In this document: piece after piece, positions 34,223-35,028 of the stretch
How positions within the stretch are numbered: the stretch's first letter is position 1
Layout of the letters: each line of letters starts with the position of its first letter
Source of the DNA: a virus
Lineage: Duplodnaviria > Caudoviricetes
IMG/VR virus record: IMGVR_UViG_3300025357_000031
Coordinates: 1-35,028 of that record
Direction: 5' to 3' (one strand)
Length of the DNA: 35,028 nt
Notes under the pieces: generated by a model
The model's database searches: none
Told to the model about the DNA's origin: nothing
What the model saw: only the letters and a program-made list of their open reading frames with translations
Translations under genes and position numbers: made by a program

Positions 34223-35028
34223 ATGGCATCGAACTCGAATAACAAGAACTTCCAAGAACCGTCAGATGGTACACAGAATTGGGGGGCTATCCTTAATTCT
34301 AACTTTTCCATTGTTGACAGTGCTTTTGGGAGTTCTTCGACCGTAACTTTATCTAATGGGGCGAACGTAACACTTACGACCGCTCAATTTCAAAGTGCGC
34401 GTATTGTTCTTTCGGGTACGGTAACTACGACGGCAACGGTTACAATTCCGTCAGACATTGGTGGCGGTAGCACGTCGGGCAGCTATTGGTTATTTTCCAA
34501 TGGCACGGGCGGCACTATTACGGTAACTACAGGCGGTGCGAATAACGTAGTTATCAATCCCGTACCAACGGGTTCGTCCGCTCCATACCGCAATGTTTAC
34601 ATTTTCAGCGATGGTTCAAACATCTATTCGCTTGATCAGGCTTCTTCGTTGGCCGTTAATGAAGGCGGCACGGGGCTTGCTACCTTAACCGGCGCTAACA
34701 ATGCGCTGTATTCAACATCTGCTACAGCATTGACGGCGGGTACACTCCCTGTCGCTGCTGGCGGAACGGGCATATCCACTGCGCCTACCAATGGTCAGAT
34801 TGATATTGGTAATGGCACAAACTTTACACGCACCACCTTAACGGCTGGTACGGGTGTTACTGTAACGAACGGTGCTGGCTCTATTACATTAGCTGCTGCC
34901 GGTAACATTCTTAATTATCAAGATTTTACCACTTCTGGTACATGGACTGCTCCTTCTGGTCTTACCGGCAATGAAATTGTTACTGGCTTTATTTGGGGTG
35001 CTGGTGGCGGCGGTGGTGGCGGTAATTC
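34223..35028 (+). CDS. Tail fibre-like protein, runs off the window
   Basis: MASNSNNKNFQEP...NWGAILNSNF; T/G-rich; GGTG repeats; FTTSGTWTAP...WGAGGGGG glycine-rich domain start. Confidence 0.75.
   Translation, partial: MASNSNNKNFQEPSDGTQNWGAILNSNFSIVDSAFGSSSTVTLSNGANVTLTTAQFQSARIVLSGTVTTTATVTIPSDIGGGSTSGSYWLFSNGTGGTITVTTGGANNVVINPVPTGSSAPYRNVYIFSDGSNIYSLDQASSLAVNEGGTGLATLTGANNALYSTSATALTAGTLPVAAGGTGISTAPTNGQIDIGNGTNFTRTTLTAGTGVTVTNGAGSITLAAAGNILNYQDFTTSGTWTAPSGLTGNEIVTGFIWGAGGGGGGGN

Larger units (their letters stand above)
1..35028. mobile_element. Tailed dsDNA bacteriophage (Caudoviricetes) genome segment, probable alphaproteobacterial host
   Basis: TerS, TerL, portal, ERF, Gp157, RusA, primase, helicase and tail-fibre-like genes; dense small ORFs with overlapping start/stop codons; no host housekeeping genes; GcrA-like gene. 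Confidence 0.95.

Overview
The window is a 35 kb piece of a tailed dsDNA bacteriophage genome with P22/podovirus-like packaging genes. The host is most likely an alphaproteobacterium, given a GcrA-like gene and GAAC-N7-GAAC LexA-type boxes. From left to right: (1) two large virion/ejection-type proteins; (2) a leftward recombination module (Gp157, ERF, SSB-like, HNH, lipoprotein lytic transglycosylase); (3) a rightward replication module (Cro-like HTH, RusA, DnaA-C-like protein, SF2 helicase, TOPRIM primase) that also holds a candidate anti-Shine-Dalgarno small RNA and a putative origin; (4) a metallophosphoesterase; (5) a long leftward early/accessory region (GcrA, four MDIVERL paralogs, a C5 methyltransferase with a nested out-of-frame gene, a KGG protein, many small genes behind repeated promoter cassettes); (6) terminase small subunit; (7) about 1 kb of non-coding DNA with two helically phased binding-site arrays; (8) accessory genes including an amino-methyltransferase; (9) terminase large subunit, portal, two virion-module proteins and the start of a tail-fibre-like gene. 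I saw no integrase, major capsid gene, tRNA, CRISPR array or reverse transcriptase. All product calls come from motif recognition by eye, with no database search. The most striking observations are the phased operator and LexA-box arrays, a GG-motif shared across virion proteins, the candidate sRNA, the cassette-like paralog array and the nested methyltransferase partner gene.
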